Below are positions 23,791 through 37,800 of a stretch of DNA of 64,000 nt, piece by piece. The position numbers were made by a program, and so were the translations under genes. The notes under the pieces are model-generated. The model made no database searches. It saw only the letters and a list, made by a program, of their open reading frames with translations, and had not been told where the DNA came from. Each line of letters opens with the position of its first letter. Within the stretch, counting starts at the first letter, position 1. The stretch comes from Scyliorhinus canicula (lineage: Eukaryota), in NCBI RefSeq assembly GCF_902713615.1, contig NC_052159.1:4972018-5036017 (forward strand), written 5' to 3'.

Positions 23791-24707
23791 GTGAAGGGAG
23801 TACATCTTCCAGAGGTTTCACCATCACAGGGAACCATTCTCTCCGTCACCACTCGTCCCTTTTTTCTTGTTTTACAATTTAATAAAAGGATGTTTATGCG
23901 ATTGGCTTCATGCTTCAATATTTTTTTTAATTTTAGAGTACCCAATTCATTTTTTCCAATTAAGGGGCAATTTAGCGTGGCCAATCCACCTCGCCTGCAC
24001 ATCTTTGGGTTGTGGTGGTGAGACCCACGCAAACACGGGGAAAATGTGCAAACTCCACACGACAGTAACCCAGAGCTGGGATCGAACCTGGGACTGTGGC
24101 TTCGTGAAGCAGCAGTGCTAACCACTGCACCACCATGCTGCCCTACATGTTTCAATAGTGACGTGATGCTCATCAAGACAACAGTTACAGGTAGAAAACG
24201 CCCCAGGGACCCAATTTGCCCCAAGCAGTGGCTTCTGCACGTGACTACTTCTACACAAAGCTCCCCTTACGGCCTCGTAAGAATTGGATGCAGGCTGCTC
24301 ACTTGCCTCGGCTTGAGAATGAAATGCAAATCGGGTTGTCCTTTTTGTCGAGGTGTCCATGGGATCATCCCTCCCCGAGGCTGCTGCACTACATTGTTAC
24401 AGAGCCAGCCTTTGTCAATGCACAGATGTTGCCACTGTCAGAGGGACAAAGGGGGCTTGTGATGCCCCGTGAGAGGTGACCCCTCGCCCTCGTCAGTAAC
24501 TGCTTCACTCATGGGCTAGTTCTTTGGATGGCTGGAAGGGCCACCAGCAGGGGTGCAGCTGCTATCCCTTCAACGCGCCCCTGCACCGCTGCGGCCCTGC
24601 ACCATCAGCACCCAAACTGCCAAGGCTCCAGATTGTGGAATGCACTGTGAACATCAGTGATTTCCTGCAGTCACTCCATCTGCTGCCACATATAGCCCTA
24701 CAGCCCG

Positions 24708-24893
24708 AGGGGCTGTTTAGCACAGGGCTAAATTGCTGGCTTTGAAAGCAGACCAAGGCAGGCCAGCACCATGGTTCGATTCCCGTAACAGCCTCCCCGA
24801 ACAGGCGCCGGAATGTGGTGACTAGGGGCTTTTCACAGTAACTTCATTGAAGCCTACTCGTGACAATAAGCAATTTTCATTTCATTTCATTTC
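24708..24893 (+). mobile_element. Intact ~190-bp tRNA-head SINE with a (TTTCA)n tail
   Basis: A/B-box-like GGGGCTGTTTAGCACAGGG...GGTTCGATTCCC; tail TTTCATTTCATTTCA. Confidence 0.8.
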
Positions 24894-25371
24894 AAGAGGT
24901 TGGCCACTCTCAATGCAGGGGCTCATGCACACAACACCCTGAGCGATGGTGGCATGAGCAGCATGGCCTCCTCCATTCTGAACCCATCATGGTGCATTAC
25001 CTGACAGAATTCCAAGATGTGGGAGCACATTAATAGTTGCTGGACCTTTCCTGTGATTCCTGAAACCCTGCAATGCACCACTCAGCAAGGCTATGTCTGT
25101 CCTCCATCCCCACAGGAACAGTATTCACAGCTGCCCTTTCTCTGTCACCTTCCCCTTGTGAGGGTCCTGCTCATCACCCACTGCCACCCTATCTAGTTTA
25201 TCAGGGGTCGCTACGGGCAGCAGGATTAGTTTGGGATTGATGCAGGTGGATTGGGAATAGTTTGAGATTGATATAAAGCTATGGGGGGAGAGTGGGCCAA
25301 CATATTTCTTAGAGGGCAGCACGGTGGCGCAGTGGTTAGCACTGCTGCCTCACGACACCGAGGTCCCAGGT

Positions 25372-26782
25372 TCATAAGAACATAAGAACTAGGAGCAGGA
25401 GTAGGCCATCTGGCCCCTCGAGCCTGCTCCGCCATTCAATTAGATCATGGCTGATCTTTTGTGGACTCAGCTCCACTTTCCGGCCCGAACACCATAACCC
25501 TTAATCCCTTTATTCTTCAAAAAACTATCTATCTTTACCTTAAAAACATGTAATGAAGGAGCCTCAACTGCTTCACTGGGCAAGGAATTCCATAGATTCA
25601 CAACCCTTTGGGTGAAGAAGTTCCTCCTAAACTCAGTCCTAAATCTACTTCCCCTTATTTTGAGGCTATGCCCCCTAGTTCTGCTGTCACCCGCCAGTGG
25701 AAACAACCTGCCCGCATCTATTCTCTTCATAATTTTAAATGTTTCTATAAGATCCCCCCTCATCCTTCTAAATTCCAACGAGTACAGTCCCAGTCTACTC
25801 AACCTCTCCTCATAATCCAACCCCTTCAGCTCTGGGATTAACCTAGTGAATCTCCTCTGCACACCCTCCAGCGCCAGTACGTCCTTTCTCAAGTAAGGAG
25901 ACCAAAACTGAACACAATACTCCAGGTGTGGCCGCACTAACACCTTATACAATTGCAACATAACCTCCCTAGTCTTAAACTCCATCCCTCTAGCAATGAA
26001 GGACAAAATTCCATTTGCCTTCTTAATCACCTGTTGCACTTGTAAACCAACCTTCTGTGACTCATGCACTAGCACACCCAAGTCTCTCTGAACAGCGGCA
26101 TGCTTTAATATTTTATCGTTTAAATAATAATCCCGTTTGCTGTTATTCCTACCAAAATGGATAACCTCACATTTGTCAACATTGTATTCCATCTGCCAGA
26201 CCCGAGCCCATTCACTTAACCTATCCAAATCCCTCTGCAGACTTCCAGTATCCTCTGCACTTTTCGCTTTACCACTCATCTTAGTGTCATCTGCAAACTT
26301 GGACACATTGCCCTTGGTCCCCAACTCCAAATCATCAATGTAAATTGTGAACAATTGTGGGCCCAACACGGATCCCTGAGGGACACCACTAGCTACTGAT
26401 TGCCAACCAGAGAAACACCCATTTATCCCAACTCTTTGCTTTCTATTAATTAACCAATCCTCTATCCATGCTACTACATTACCCTTAATGCCATGCATCT
26501 TTATCTTATGCAGCAACCTTTTGTGTGGCACCTTGTCAAAGGCTTTCTGGAAATCCAGATATACCACATCCATCGGCTCCCCGTTATCTACTGCACTGGT
26601 AATGTCCTCAAAAAATTCCACTAAATTAGTTAGGCATGACCTGCCTTTAACGAACCCATGCTGCGTCTGCCCAATGGGACAATTTCTATCCAGGTGCCTC
26701 GCAATTTCTTCCTTGATGATAGATTCCAGCATCTTCCCTATTACCGAAGTTAAACTCACTGGCCGAAGTTAAACTCACTCAC
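25372..26782 (-). mobile_element. Young 5'-truncated CR1 LINE with an uninterrupted 430-aa RT C-terminal frame, inserted in a V-SINE
   Basis: Near-identical to the 6700-8078 copy; (TTCTTATG)2 tail; host SINE halves at 25314-25373 and 26784-26951. Confidence 0.92.
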
Positions 26783-27086
26783 TGGTTCGATCCCGGCCCT
26801 GGGTCACTGGCCATGTGGAGTTTGCACATTTCCCCTGTGTTTGCGTGGGTTTCACCCCCACAACCCAAAGATGTGCAGGGTAGGTGGATTGGCCACACTA
26901 AATTGCCCCTTAATTGGAAAAAATGAATTGGGTACTCTAAAATAAAAAAAAACATATTTCTTGGGCTTCATGGCCTCGATTTGTGCTGCCAAATGTTACG
27001 GGAACTGGTAATTCGATAGTCTCTAGTGTATGATCTATTTCTAGGGCATTTGAACTCCTTTTTGACTGTTTCTCTCCATTATGCAG

Positions 27087-27292
27087 ATTGTGTTAAACTG
27101 ACCCCTCGGTCTGGCTTCCGACCAAACCAATATACAGACGACAAGAAGCTGAAGAGCTGTTCCCTACGCCTGAGCCACAACCGGCTGTGTGAAATGACTG
27201 GATTGGATCAGCTGATTCCCGCCTTGCTTGTGGAACCTGAGCGTTTGTTCTGGATTGACCTCTCCTTCAACACCTTTCCCAGCATTGACCCT
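27087..27292 (+). CDS. LRRC51: LRRC51 coding exon 3 (DCVKLTPRSGFRP...LFWIDLSFNTFPSIDP)
   Basis: 206-nt exon, TGCAG acceptor and GTAGGT donor; LRR motifs SLRLSHNRL and WIDLSFN..SIDP as in LRRC51. Confidence 0.93.
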
Positions 27293-28165
27293 GTAGGTTC
27301 TGGGGTGCTGCTGGGCCAGCTTTTGTTGCAGTGAAATCTATCTTTCTCCTCTCACTTGCCACTATTTCAACAGCAATCAAGGAGCCAAGCTTCATATTCA
27401 CCTGGTTTCATTCTTATCTATCTAATCAAAACCAGAGAATCACTTAAGAGACAAACTCCTTACCTGCTCCTGCACCATTACCTCTGGTGTCCCCCAAGGC
27501 TCTATCCTTGGCCCTTTCCTATTTCTCACCTGTATCAATTTCTACAACCAGCTCTATTGCACCACCAACTCTCCTGTTCTCACTAAATTAGCAGACTGCT
27601 TATCTGATATCCAGTACTGGATGAGCAGAAATGTCCTCCATTAAATATCAGGAAGCCATTGCCTTTAGTGACCACATTGGAGAGAGTACAGAGGAGATTC
27701 ACAAGACTGATTCCACAGATAAAGGACTGTAACTATGAGGCTAGTGTGGAGCAGTTGTGACTGTTTTCCTTGGAGAAAAGAAGGCTGAGAGGACACCTGA
27801 TAGAGATATTCAAGATCCTGAGGGATAAGGAGGGGGTAAAGGGTGAGAAACTGTCCCCACTCAAAACAGCACCTAGAGGGCACAGATTCAAAATAATTGG
27901 CACAAGGAGTGCATTTTATTTAGAAGTTGGGGTCTGGAAGAGAGGGTGGTGGAGGCAGGTTTAATTGAGGTATTCAAAGAGAATTGGATTGCTATCTGGA
28001 AAGAAAAAATGTGCAAGGTTAGGGGCAGTGGGACTCCTGTGGAATGATGTTTGAGAGCCAGTGCAGACTCGATAGGCTGGCCCTAACCCTTCTGCATCGT
28101 AATGGTTCTATGACCCTGAGGGGAGCTTCCAAATATGCACTTGTCCCGTCACTAATTCTGTTTAC

Positions 28166-28275
28166 TTCCATCCTCTGAAACATTGCCAGACTTCACCACT
28201 ATCTTTACTCATCTCACTTGTTCCATCCTCTGAAACATTGCCAGACTTCACCACTATCTTTACTCATCTCACTTG
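28166..28275 (+). repeat. Perfect 55-bp tandem duplication within an L2 remnant
   Basis: TTCCATCCTCTGAAACATTGCC...CTCACTTG twice (28166-28220 and 28221-28275). Confidence 0.9.
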
Positions 28276-31200
28276 TTGCTGAACTCATTTACTTCCAGAC
28301 TTGACTCTCCAATACTCTGTCAGCCTTCCGCACTCTGTAACTTTCTGCTAGTCGGGTCCCATTCACCTATCATCCACTTTACTCCTGACCTACATTGGCC
28401 CTCAGTCCAACAATGCCTTCCTTTATATTAAAATTCTCATCTATGTTTTCAAATCCCTCTATGGTCTCACTTCCTCATCTCTCTAAACCCCTCCGAGATC
28501 TCTGCAATCATGAGTCTAAGAACAATGCAGAAGGAGGCCATTTGGCCTATGAGTCTACACCGACCCTTGGAAAGAGCACCCCCCCCCCCCGCCCCCCGAT
28601 CCCAGTAACCCCACCTAACCTTTGGACACTAAGGGGCAATTTAGCAAAACCAATCCGCCTGCACATCTTTGGACTGTGGGAGGAAACCGGAGCACCCGGA
28701 GGAAGCCCACGCAGACACGGGGAGAACGTGGAGACTCCGCACAGACAGTGACCCAAAGCTGGAATCAAACCTGGGACCCTGGTGCTGTGAGGCAGCAGTG
28801 CTAACCACTGTACCATCGTGGCCTCTTGGAAACCTTGATTTTAATCGCTCCACCATTGACAGCCGTGCCTTCGCCTTCCTGAGATTTCGAGCTCCGGAAT
28901 TCCCTCTCTAAATTCTCTCTGCTTCTCTACTCCTCTTGCCTCTCTACTCTGAAACATTGCTTCTCTGACCAAGCTGTCGGTCATCTTCCTTCTGTTGTGT
29001 ATTTCAGGTTTGGCTTTATGATCTTCCTGTAAAGTGCCTTGAGATATTACAATTAAAGTGAGAAACAAGTTGTTGTTGTAGCTAGCTCTCCAATTCTGGG
29101 AACTTGCTCCAATTGCTCTTGCGTATCTCAGATTTTAATCGCTCACCACTGGTGGCTGCTCCTCACTTGGTGACTTGGTGTCAATTTTCCATTTGATACT
29201 GCCCCAATGAATTGCCTTGGGATGTTTTACAAAATTAAGGACACAACACAAATACACTGGGGGTCTGGTTAGCTCAGTTGGCTGCTCGGCTCATAATAAT
29301 AATTGCTCATTGTCACAAATAGGCTTCAATGAAGTTACTGTGAAAAGCCCCTAGTCGCCACATTCCGGCGCCTGTTCGGGGAGGCTGGTACGGGAATTGA
29401 AACAATGCTGCTGGCCTTGTTCTGCATTACAAGCCAGCTGTTTTAGCCCACTGTGCCAAACCAGCCCCATCTAGCATGCAGATCAGAGTAATGAGAACAG
29501 CACAATCCCCCTTTAAAGCTGAGGTAGACCCAGGGCCTGCCTCCTCACCCTACCCAGAGTCCTGGGTTTCAACTGTTTACTGTGGCTTGTTGAATGATCG
29601 CCAAGGGCCTGCCTTCGTTCAGAGAACAGAAGATGATAAATGCACACTCTCTCCCTGACACTGACTCAAATTTGAGACCATATCACTCCAACGATTGGGT
29701 GACCTGATTGGTGCACAGTATTAAACATGATGCCAAAGCACTCAGTATTAAATACTCGCATCAACTCATCAGTTGAGTAAGGGCAGCACAGTGATTAGCA
29801 CTGTGGCTTCACAGCTCCAGGGTCCCGGGTTCGATTCCCCGCTGGGTCACTGTCTGTGCAGAGTCTGCACGTTCTCATGTCTGCGTGGGTTTCCTCCGGG
29901 TGCTCCGGTTTCCTCCCACAGTCCAAAGATGTGCAGATTAGGTGGATTTACCATGCTAAATTGACCTTAGTGTGCAAAAAAAAAAACAAAATGTTAGGAG
30001 GGGTTATTGGGTTAGGGGGATAGGGTGGAAGTGAGGGCTTAAGTGGGTCGGTGCAGACTCGATGGGCTGAATGGTCTCCTTCTGCACTGTATGTTCTATG
30101 TTCTGATTTGCATCCTAAAACACTGCTTCAGAAATCCAATTGGAGTTTGTGCCATTTTCAGATTGGCTTGGTTGTTGATCTAAACTACTGCATGAGTCAA
30201 TGACGTTCCTAACTCTGCAGTTCTCCCACTGTAAAATTCATACAGCATTGGAGGCCATTCAGTCCATTGTGCCTCTGCAGCCCTTTGAAAGACATTGAAT
30301 TATTCCCGCACTTCTGTCCTTTCCCCATTTCCCTGCAATTTGTTTCCTTTGAACGATTTCGCCAATTCCTTTTCCAAAGCTATTATTGAATTTGCTGCCA
30401 CAGCCCTGTCAGGCAGCGCGTTCGGGATCACAACTCACTGTTTTAATGAAAAATTCTCCGGAGGTGAGCACCCAGTTGTCTGTACATTTATTTCCCACAT
30501 GCCAGCAACCCCTCGGGTCCCCATTAGCCCCCCCCCCCCCCCCCGGCCAATTATTACTGCTGTTTTGGGAGATTATTGTGTTCAGTGTCCAATTCACAGT
30601 CTGCGTATCAGCTGCAGGGATATTCAGGGACTGGGTGATGGTTTGGGTTGAAATCCAGACCCGGCCCTTCTGGCTTTTGGGGAGGTGCCGTTTGTTCGAC
30701 ATGGGTTCGGCTGCCACGATCCACTGTTCAGCAAGCAGATATATGTCCTGTAATACTGCCTTGTGCTGTACCTGTCCTGGGCATGTTTGATGGGGACAGA
30801 GTAGAAGGGAGCACTACTTTCTAAATAACAATGCCTAGGTTTATTTTATTAGGGCGCCGCACTGGTGAGCACTGCTGCCTCACAGCACCAAGGTCCCAGG
30901 TTCGATCCCGGCTCTGGGTCACTGTCCGTGTGGAGTTTGCACATTCTCCCCGTGTTTGCGTGGGTTTCACCTCCACAACCCAAAGAAGTGCAGCATAGGG
31001 TGGATTGGCCACACTAAATTGCCCCTTAATTGAAACAAAAATGAATTGGGTACTTTAAATTTTTTTAAAGTTTTATTTTGTTAACTCAAGTCAAAAAGCA
31101 GATGCTTGGAAATGCTGACAGAATGGACTTGAATGGGTTCTCTTTTCACCATATCAATATTCTTCACCTTCAGCCCAAAAGTGATGAGAAAACAAATGCA

Positions 31201-31676
31201 ATGAAAACATTTCATTATATAGCACCTTTCACATTCCTTACAGCCTATACCTTGTAGTCACCATTGAAATGTAGGAAACGGGGCAGATAATTTGGACTCT
31301 GCAAGCTCCCACAAATAACAACGAGATGATAACTGATCATTTGATTTAGCCTTCCTGGATGATGACTAACTATTGATCCAAGGACCAGGGAGAACTCCCT
31401 GCTTTTCTTCCAATAGTACCATCTTTCACGTCCTTGCTTGATGTCTCGTCTGAAAGACAGTAAGCACAGACAGTGCAGAAGTTTCTCAGCATTGCACTGA
31501 GGGTGTCTGGGAGGTGACTTGAACCCACATGTTCTGAATCAGAGGCATGGCTGTTTTCAGGGATTGGGAATAAGTGCATTGAATTAACTGGTAATGTTTG
31601 AATATAAAGTGCAGCTGCTGTCACTTTGGCTTGGAGATTTTTACCAATGACTCTCACGTGTTTAATCTTTCGACAG

Positions 31677-31825
31677 GTCCTGCTGAAGTTAACCAGGTTG
31701 CAGATCCTCAATCTCCACGCCAACCAGATTAGCGAGCTGTTTGAGGTGGACAAGTTGGTCTCGCTGAACAACCTGCGGAACCTAACATTGCACGGTAACC
31801 CAATGGAGCAGACCAAAGGATACAG
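31677..31825 (+). CDS. LRRC51: LRRC51 coding exon 4 (VLLKLTRLQILNLHANQI...LTLHGNPMEQTKGY)
   Basis: 149-nt exon, CGACAG acceptor and AG|GTACCT donor; LTLHGNPME..KGYR LRR-cap motif. Confidence 0.95.
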
Positions 31826-34368
31826 GTACCTGGGCGGGTAGTCCCTGCCTCCTCTGGCCTCTACAGCTACATGACTTAATTTCCCTTCTCAGTGAACTAC
31901 AGATGAATCCAAGACCAAATATATCTTCTTCTGACAGGCACTGACTACTCTTTTTATATTTAATTTTTTCTTCTCCAAGGGGCAATTTAGCACGACCAAT
32001 CCACCTACACAGCACATCTTTGGGTTGTGGGGGTGAGACCCAAGCAGACACAGGAAGAATGTGCAAACTCCACAAGTGACCCGAGGGCGGAATCAAACCT
32101 AGATCCCTGGTGCTGTGAAGCAGCAGTGCTAACCACTGTACCACCGTGCTGCCAATTCTAGGATTCTATTTTAAACCTTTTCGTCTTCACTCAGGACACT
32201 TTGCCAGAACAGGCGCCGGAATGTGGCGACGAGGGGATTTTCGCAGTAACTTCATTGCCGTGTTAATGTAAGCCCACATGTGACAATAAAGATTATTATT
32301 AGGATAAAGGGAAAATGACTAATTAATAATAAAATCACTTGGTGGTACGGAACTTGAATATTGTTGAAGGGATGCGTTGTCGAAGCTTTTTGTTTTGCAC
32401 ACATCAGGACATTGATGACCTTTTCCTCCTGAGGAGTGCAAGATGAAAAACTTTGGCAAGAGTCTCTTTTCAGCAATAATCAAGAACAACGAGTTGTCAC
32501 GATCTTTCATGTTTGCTAACTTGGGGTGGATGTAAAGGATTCTATCGCACATTTCAAAGAAGAAGAGAATGCTGCTATTTCTTCATGTTTTCTCAAACAG
32601 ATTCCTCATCATTTATCACATTGCACATGGGCCTAAGCTCATTGGAGTTCTGAACCATCTACAACAGTGGTGGGCACCCTGTGGCCAGAGGCCCATCTGA
32701 GTTCGGAGTGTGGCACACGAGACATTTTGTTGACCATTGCCCCCACCACATAGACTGCAGCGGTTCCCCATTGCATCCACAATCAAAACCCTGCTCTCCG
32801 ATAGTCATAGTTAGACATCATTAAATAAAATGCTTTCTTTGTCTCTGAGAATCCGAATATGATATAACACAAGATATGGCCATTCAGCCACTCGTAGATG
32901 TCCAAGCCGATATCTGATGTGTTGGGGATGTAGGAGTCATAATTCCAGACTGCACAAGCCATTTTATTTATGACTTAAGTGTTTAACTGAAACTTCAATC
33001 AGACCCATTCCCCCTGGTCTCTCCCCCCCCCACCCACAGAGCCCTCCATTTTTGTCTTTAAGTATTTATCCAAATTCCTTCTGAAAGTTACTGTTGAATC
33101 TGCTTCACTGCACTTTTAGGCAGTCACAACTAATTCTGTAATCCCCACCAATTTCCTTTCCCCTAATTCCTTGTCCCTAGTCTGCAACCTTTTGTTAATA
33201 GGATCATTGTTGACAGGAATAGAGTATAAAAGCAATGATGTTAAACTGACCCTGTAGAGATGGCTGGTTAGGTCCCTGCGGGAGAACTGAATCAAGTTCT
33301 GTGCACAACACTTCAGTAAAGGTGTCAAGGCCTTGGAGAGGGTGCCACTGAGATTTATCAGAGATACCAGGGATGAATGACTGGAGTTAGGGATTGGAGA
33401 GACTGGCATTGTCCTCTGGATTTAATAGAAACTGCAGGAGGGCCAGGAACCAGAGGACATATGTTTAAGGTCATCAGCAAGAGAATCAGAGGGAGAGATG
33501 AGAATATTTTCTCATTCAAAATTATGATCTTGGGCACACCTCCTGAAACAGCAGCGAGATCAGATTTAATCGTAAATTCAACAGTCACTTGGCTGTATAC
33601 TTGCCTGGATGAGTGCAGCTCCAACAAAACTCCAGTAGCTCAATACCTACCAGGATGTAGCCGCCGTTTGATTGGCATCCCATCCACCACCTTGGCCATC
33701 CACATCCTCCACCGCTGACAGTGGCAGCAATGTACACCGTCTACAACAGTGGTGGGCACCCTGTGGCCAGAGGCCCATCTTTGTTCGGAGTGTGGCCCAC
33801 AAGACATTTTGTTGACCATTGCCCCCACCACATGGACTGCAGCGGTTCAGGAAGAATCCACCTCACCTTCGAGAGCAATTAGGGATGGGTAAAAAATACT
33901 GGTCTGCCAGCAAAGCCCACATTCTAAGGCTTCAAGTCAATGAGGAACTTTGGTAATGCTGCTGTGATATAATTTGGGAGATTTGACATCGAAAATGAAA
34001 TGAAAAATGAAATAAAATGAAAACCGCTTGTCACAAGTAGGCTTCAAATGAAGTTAGTGAAAAGCCCCTAGTCGCCACATTCTGGCACCTGTTCGGGGAG
34101 GCTGGTACGGGAATTGAACCGTGCTGCTGTCCTGCTTTCAAAGCCAGCTCTTTAGCCCTGTGCTAAACCAGCCCAGCCCTGTGCTAAACCAGTGGTATAT
34201 AGTGGCATATTGGTTGCTTTTTGTTGTTGTTGAAAGAGTGGAGCTAATAGGGAAGCTTTTTCAAAGAGCTGACACAGGTACTCTGAGAGGCTGTGACCGC
34301 CTTCTTGACTGCAAGAGTCCATGAATCCTAGGTACCAGAGTTTAACACTCTCTCTCTTTCTCCCCAAG

Positions 34369-34504
34369 GAGTTATGTGGTGGAAGTTATCCCACAGTTAA
34401 AGACACTAGACTACAGTTTAATCACCAAACAAGATCGTTCAACTGCCGCTGTTTTCAAGAAATTCATCAAACGCAAGCATGTTGCAAGGAGAAAATATGA
34501 CTGA
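34369..34504 (+). CDS. LRRC51: LRRC51 last coding exon (RSYVVEVIPQLKTLDYSLITKQDRSTAAVFKKFIKRKHVARRKYD*)
   Basis: Polypyrimidine acceptor TCTTTCTCCCCAAG, phase 2; YV....P.L..LD...IT..DR LRR-cap and basic tail; not in the ORF track. Confidence 0.9.
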
Positions 34505-34701
34505 TTGCAGGTTACATGACAGTGGGTTTGTCCCCTGCACACTGTTGGCACTGGATTCCCCGCTGGAGCAGAGCCGCTCACTAAGGAATGCTGGAACTCT
34601 CTCTGCAACTTTTACAAATTAATTTGATTCCAAAAAGTCCTGCTGATTGCTGCTGATTATTAATAAGATTATTCAATGTCTTTCCCTTCTTGAGGGCGAG
34701 G

Positions 34702-34737
<36 letters not shown>

Positions 34738-34899
34738 TTCCTCCCGCTCCCATTCTGCTTTTCACTCCCTTAGAGGTTTTTCAGCACAAATGGGTAACAG
34801 AGACAGGAACCCTTGAAAAGCCACAGCTGCAGACAAGGCTCCGGACCAAGTGCTGGAAAATAGGTTTGGATAGATAGGTGCTTGATGGCTGGCGCATAG

Positions 34900-37800
34900 G
34901 GGAGGCGGTGGCATTGTCGCTGGACCAGTAATCTGGGGACCCGAGTTCACATCCCACCATGGCAGGTGGTGGACTTCAATCTCCATAAAATATCTGGAAT
35001 TACAAGTCTAATGATAACCATGAAACAATTGTTGTAAAAACCCATTTGGTTCACTAAAGTCCTTTATTGAGAGAAATCTGCTTCCTTAGCTGGTCTGGCC
35101 TACAAGTGACTCCGATGCACAGCAATGTGGTTGACTCTGAAATGACCCAGCAAGCCACTCTGTTGTATTCAACCGCTATGAAAACAAAAGAATGAATCTG
35201 GATGGACAACCTAGCATCAAACCAGGCACCGAACGCGACAACGACAAAGCCCACGCTGCAAAGTCTTCCTTCCTAACATCTGGCAGCTTGTCTCAGACGA
35301 GTCAAGCAGCAGCCTGACATGGTCATACTCACAGAATCATACCTTTCAGACAACGTCCCAGACAGCATTACCACCATTCCTGGGCATGTCCTGTCCCACC
35401 GGCAGGACAGACCCAGCAGAAGTGGCGGCACAGTGGTATACAGTTGGGAGGGAGTTGCCCTGGGAGTCCTCAACATCGATCCTGGACCCATGAAGTCTCA
35501 TAGCTTCAGGTTAAACATGGGCAAGGAAATCACCACGTGCTGACTACCATCAGCTGATGAATCAGTACTCCATGTTTTTTTTTAATACATTTTTAGAGTA
35601 TCCAATTCTTTTTTTCTAATTAAGTGGCAATTTATCGAGGCCAATCCACCTAGCCTGCACATCTTTTTTGGGCTGCGGGGGCGAAATTCACACAAACACA
35701 GGGAGAATGTGCAAACTCCACACGGACAGTGACCCAGAGCCGGGATCGAACCTGGGATCTCGACGCCATGAGGCAGCAGGGCTAACCCACTGTGCTGCCC
35801 TAGTACTCCTCCATGTTGAACACCACTTGGAGGAAGCACAGAGGGTGGCTCGGGTGCAGAATATGCTGTGTGTAGGGGACTTCAATGTCCATCACCAAGA
35901 GTGGCTCAGTGCTACCACCACAGACCAAACTGGCGGGGTCCTAAAGAACATAACTGCTAGACTGGGATTGCAGCAGATGATGAGGGAAAAACATACTTTA
36001 CCTCACCCTCACCAATCTCCCTGCTGCAGACGCATCTGTCCAGATACAGTATCGGTAGAAGTGACCACCGCACAGTCCTTGTGGAGAACTTCCATTGTGT
36101 TGTGTGGCACTACCACCATGCTAAATGGGGGAGACTTTGAACAGATCTAACATCTCAAGACTGAGCATCCATGAGGCGCTGTGGGCCATCAGCAGCAGCA
36201 GAATTGTATTGAAATGAAATGAAAATCGCTTATTGTCACGAGTAGGCTTCAAATGAAGTTACTGTGAAAAGCCCCTAGTCGCCATATTCCGGCGCTTGTT
36301 CGGGGAGGCTGTTACGGGAATCGAACCGTGCTGCTGGCTTGCCTTGGTCTGCTTTCAAAGCTAGCGATTAGCCCTGTGAGCTAAACAGCCCCTGTTCAAC
36401 CATATTCAACCATAATCTGTAACATCATGGCCCGGCATATCCCCCACTCTACCATTACCACCAAGCCAGGGCATCAACCCTGGCTCAATGCAGGAGAGCA
36501 TGCCACGAGCAACACCAGCCATACCAAAAAATAAGGTGTCAATCTGGTGAAGCTACAACACAGGCCTACTTGTGTGCCAATCATAAGCAGCAAGTAATAG
36601 ACAGGGCTAAGCGATTGCACAACAAACGCATCAGATCGAAGCTCTGCAGTCCTGCCACGTCCAGCTGTGAATAGTGGTGGACAATTAAACATTTGTGGAG
36701 GAGACTCCACAAATATCCCCATCCTCAATTATGGAGGAGCCCAGCAGGTCAGTGCTAAAGACAAGGCTGAGGCATTCATAACAATCTGCAGCCAGAAGTG
36801 CCGAGTGGATGATCCATCTCGTTCTCCTCCGGAGGTCCCCAGCATCACAGATGTTAGTTTGCAGCCAATACAATTCACTCCATGTCATATCAAGAAGTGG
36901 CTGAAGGCACTGGAGAGGCGATCAGCCCTGACAACAATCCATAATAGGACTGAAGAGGTTCTCCAGAACTTGCCACACCCCTAGCCAAGCTGTTCCAGTA
37001 CAGCTACAACACTGGCCTCTACCCGGCAACGTGGACCCAGGTGTGTCCTCTACACAAGAAACAGGACAAATCCAACCCAGCCAATTACCACCCTATCAGT
37101 CTACTCTCCATCATTAGCAAAATGATGGAATGAATCATAAACAGTGCTGACAGGGCAGCACGGTGGCCTAGTGGTTAGCACAACCGCCTCACGGCGCTGA
37201 GGTCCCAGGTTCGATCCCGGCTCTGGGTGACTGTCTGTGTGGAGTTTGCACATTCTCCCCGTGTCTGCGTGGGTTTCGCCCCCACAACCCAAAAATGTGC
37301 AGAGGAGGTGGATTGGCCAGGCTAAATTGCCCCTTAATTGGAAAAAATAATTGGGTAATCTAAATTTAAAAAAAAAATAAACTGCTGACAAGCAGCACTT
37401 ACTCGGCAATAACCTGCTAACGGACGCTCAGTTTGGGTGCTGCCAGGGTCACTCAGCTCCTCACCTCATTACAGCCATGGTTCAAACATGGACAAAAGAG
37501 CTGAATGCCAGAGGTGAGGCGAGAGTGATTACCCTTGACATCAAAGAGCCCTAGCGAAACTGGAGTCAGTGGGAATCAGGAAAAAACTCTCCGCTGGTTG
37601 GAGTCATACCTGGCACAAAGGAAGATGGCTGTGGTGGTTGGAGGTCAATCATCTCAGCTCCAGGACATCACTGCAAGAGATCCTCAGGGTAGTGTCCTAG
37701 CCCCAACCATCTTCAGCTACTTCATCAATGACCTGCCTTCCATCATAAGGTCAGAAGTGGGGATGTTTGCGGATGACTGCACAATGTTCAGCACCATTTG

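Noticed and set aside
24708-24800. tRNA genes (here and at V-SINE heads)
   Set aside because: A/B boxes are present but continue into SINE bodies and tails; no complete cloverleaf
24130-25300. Possible PIF/Harbinger transposase remnant
   Set aside because: Only a vague motif resemblance; no continuous frame or TIRs could be established
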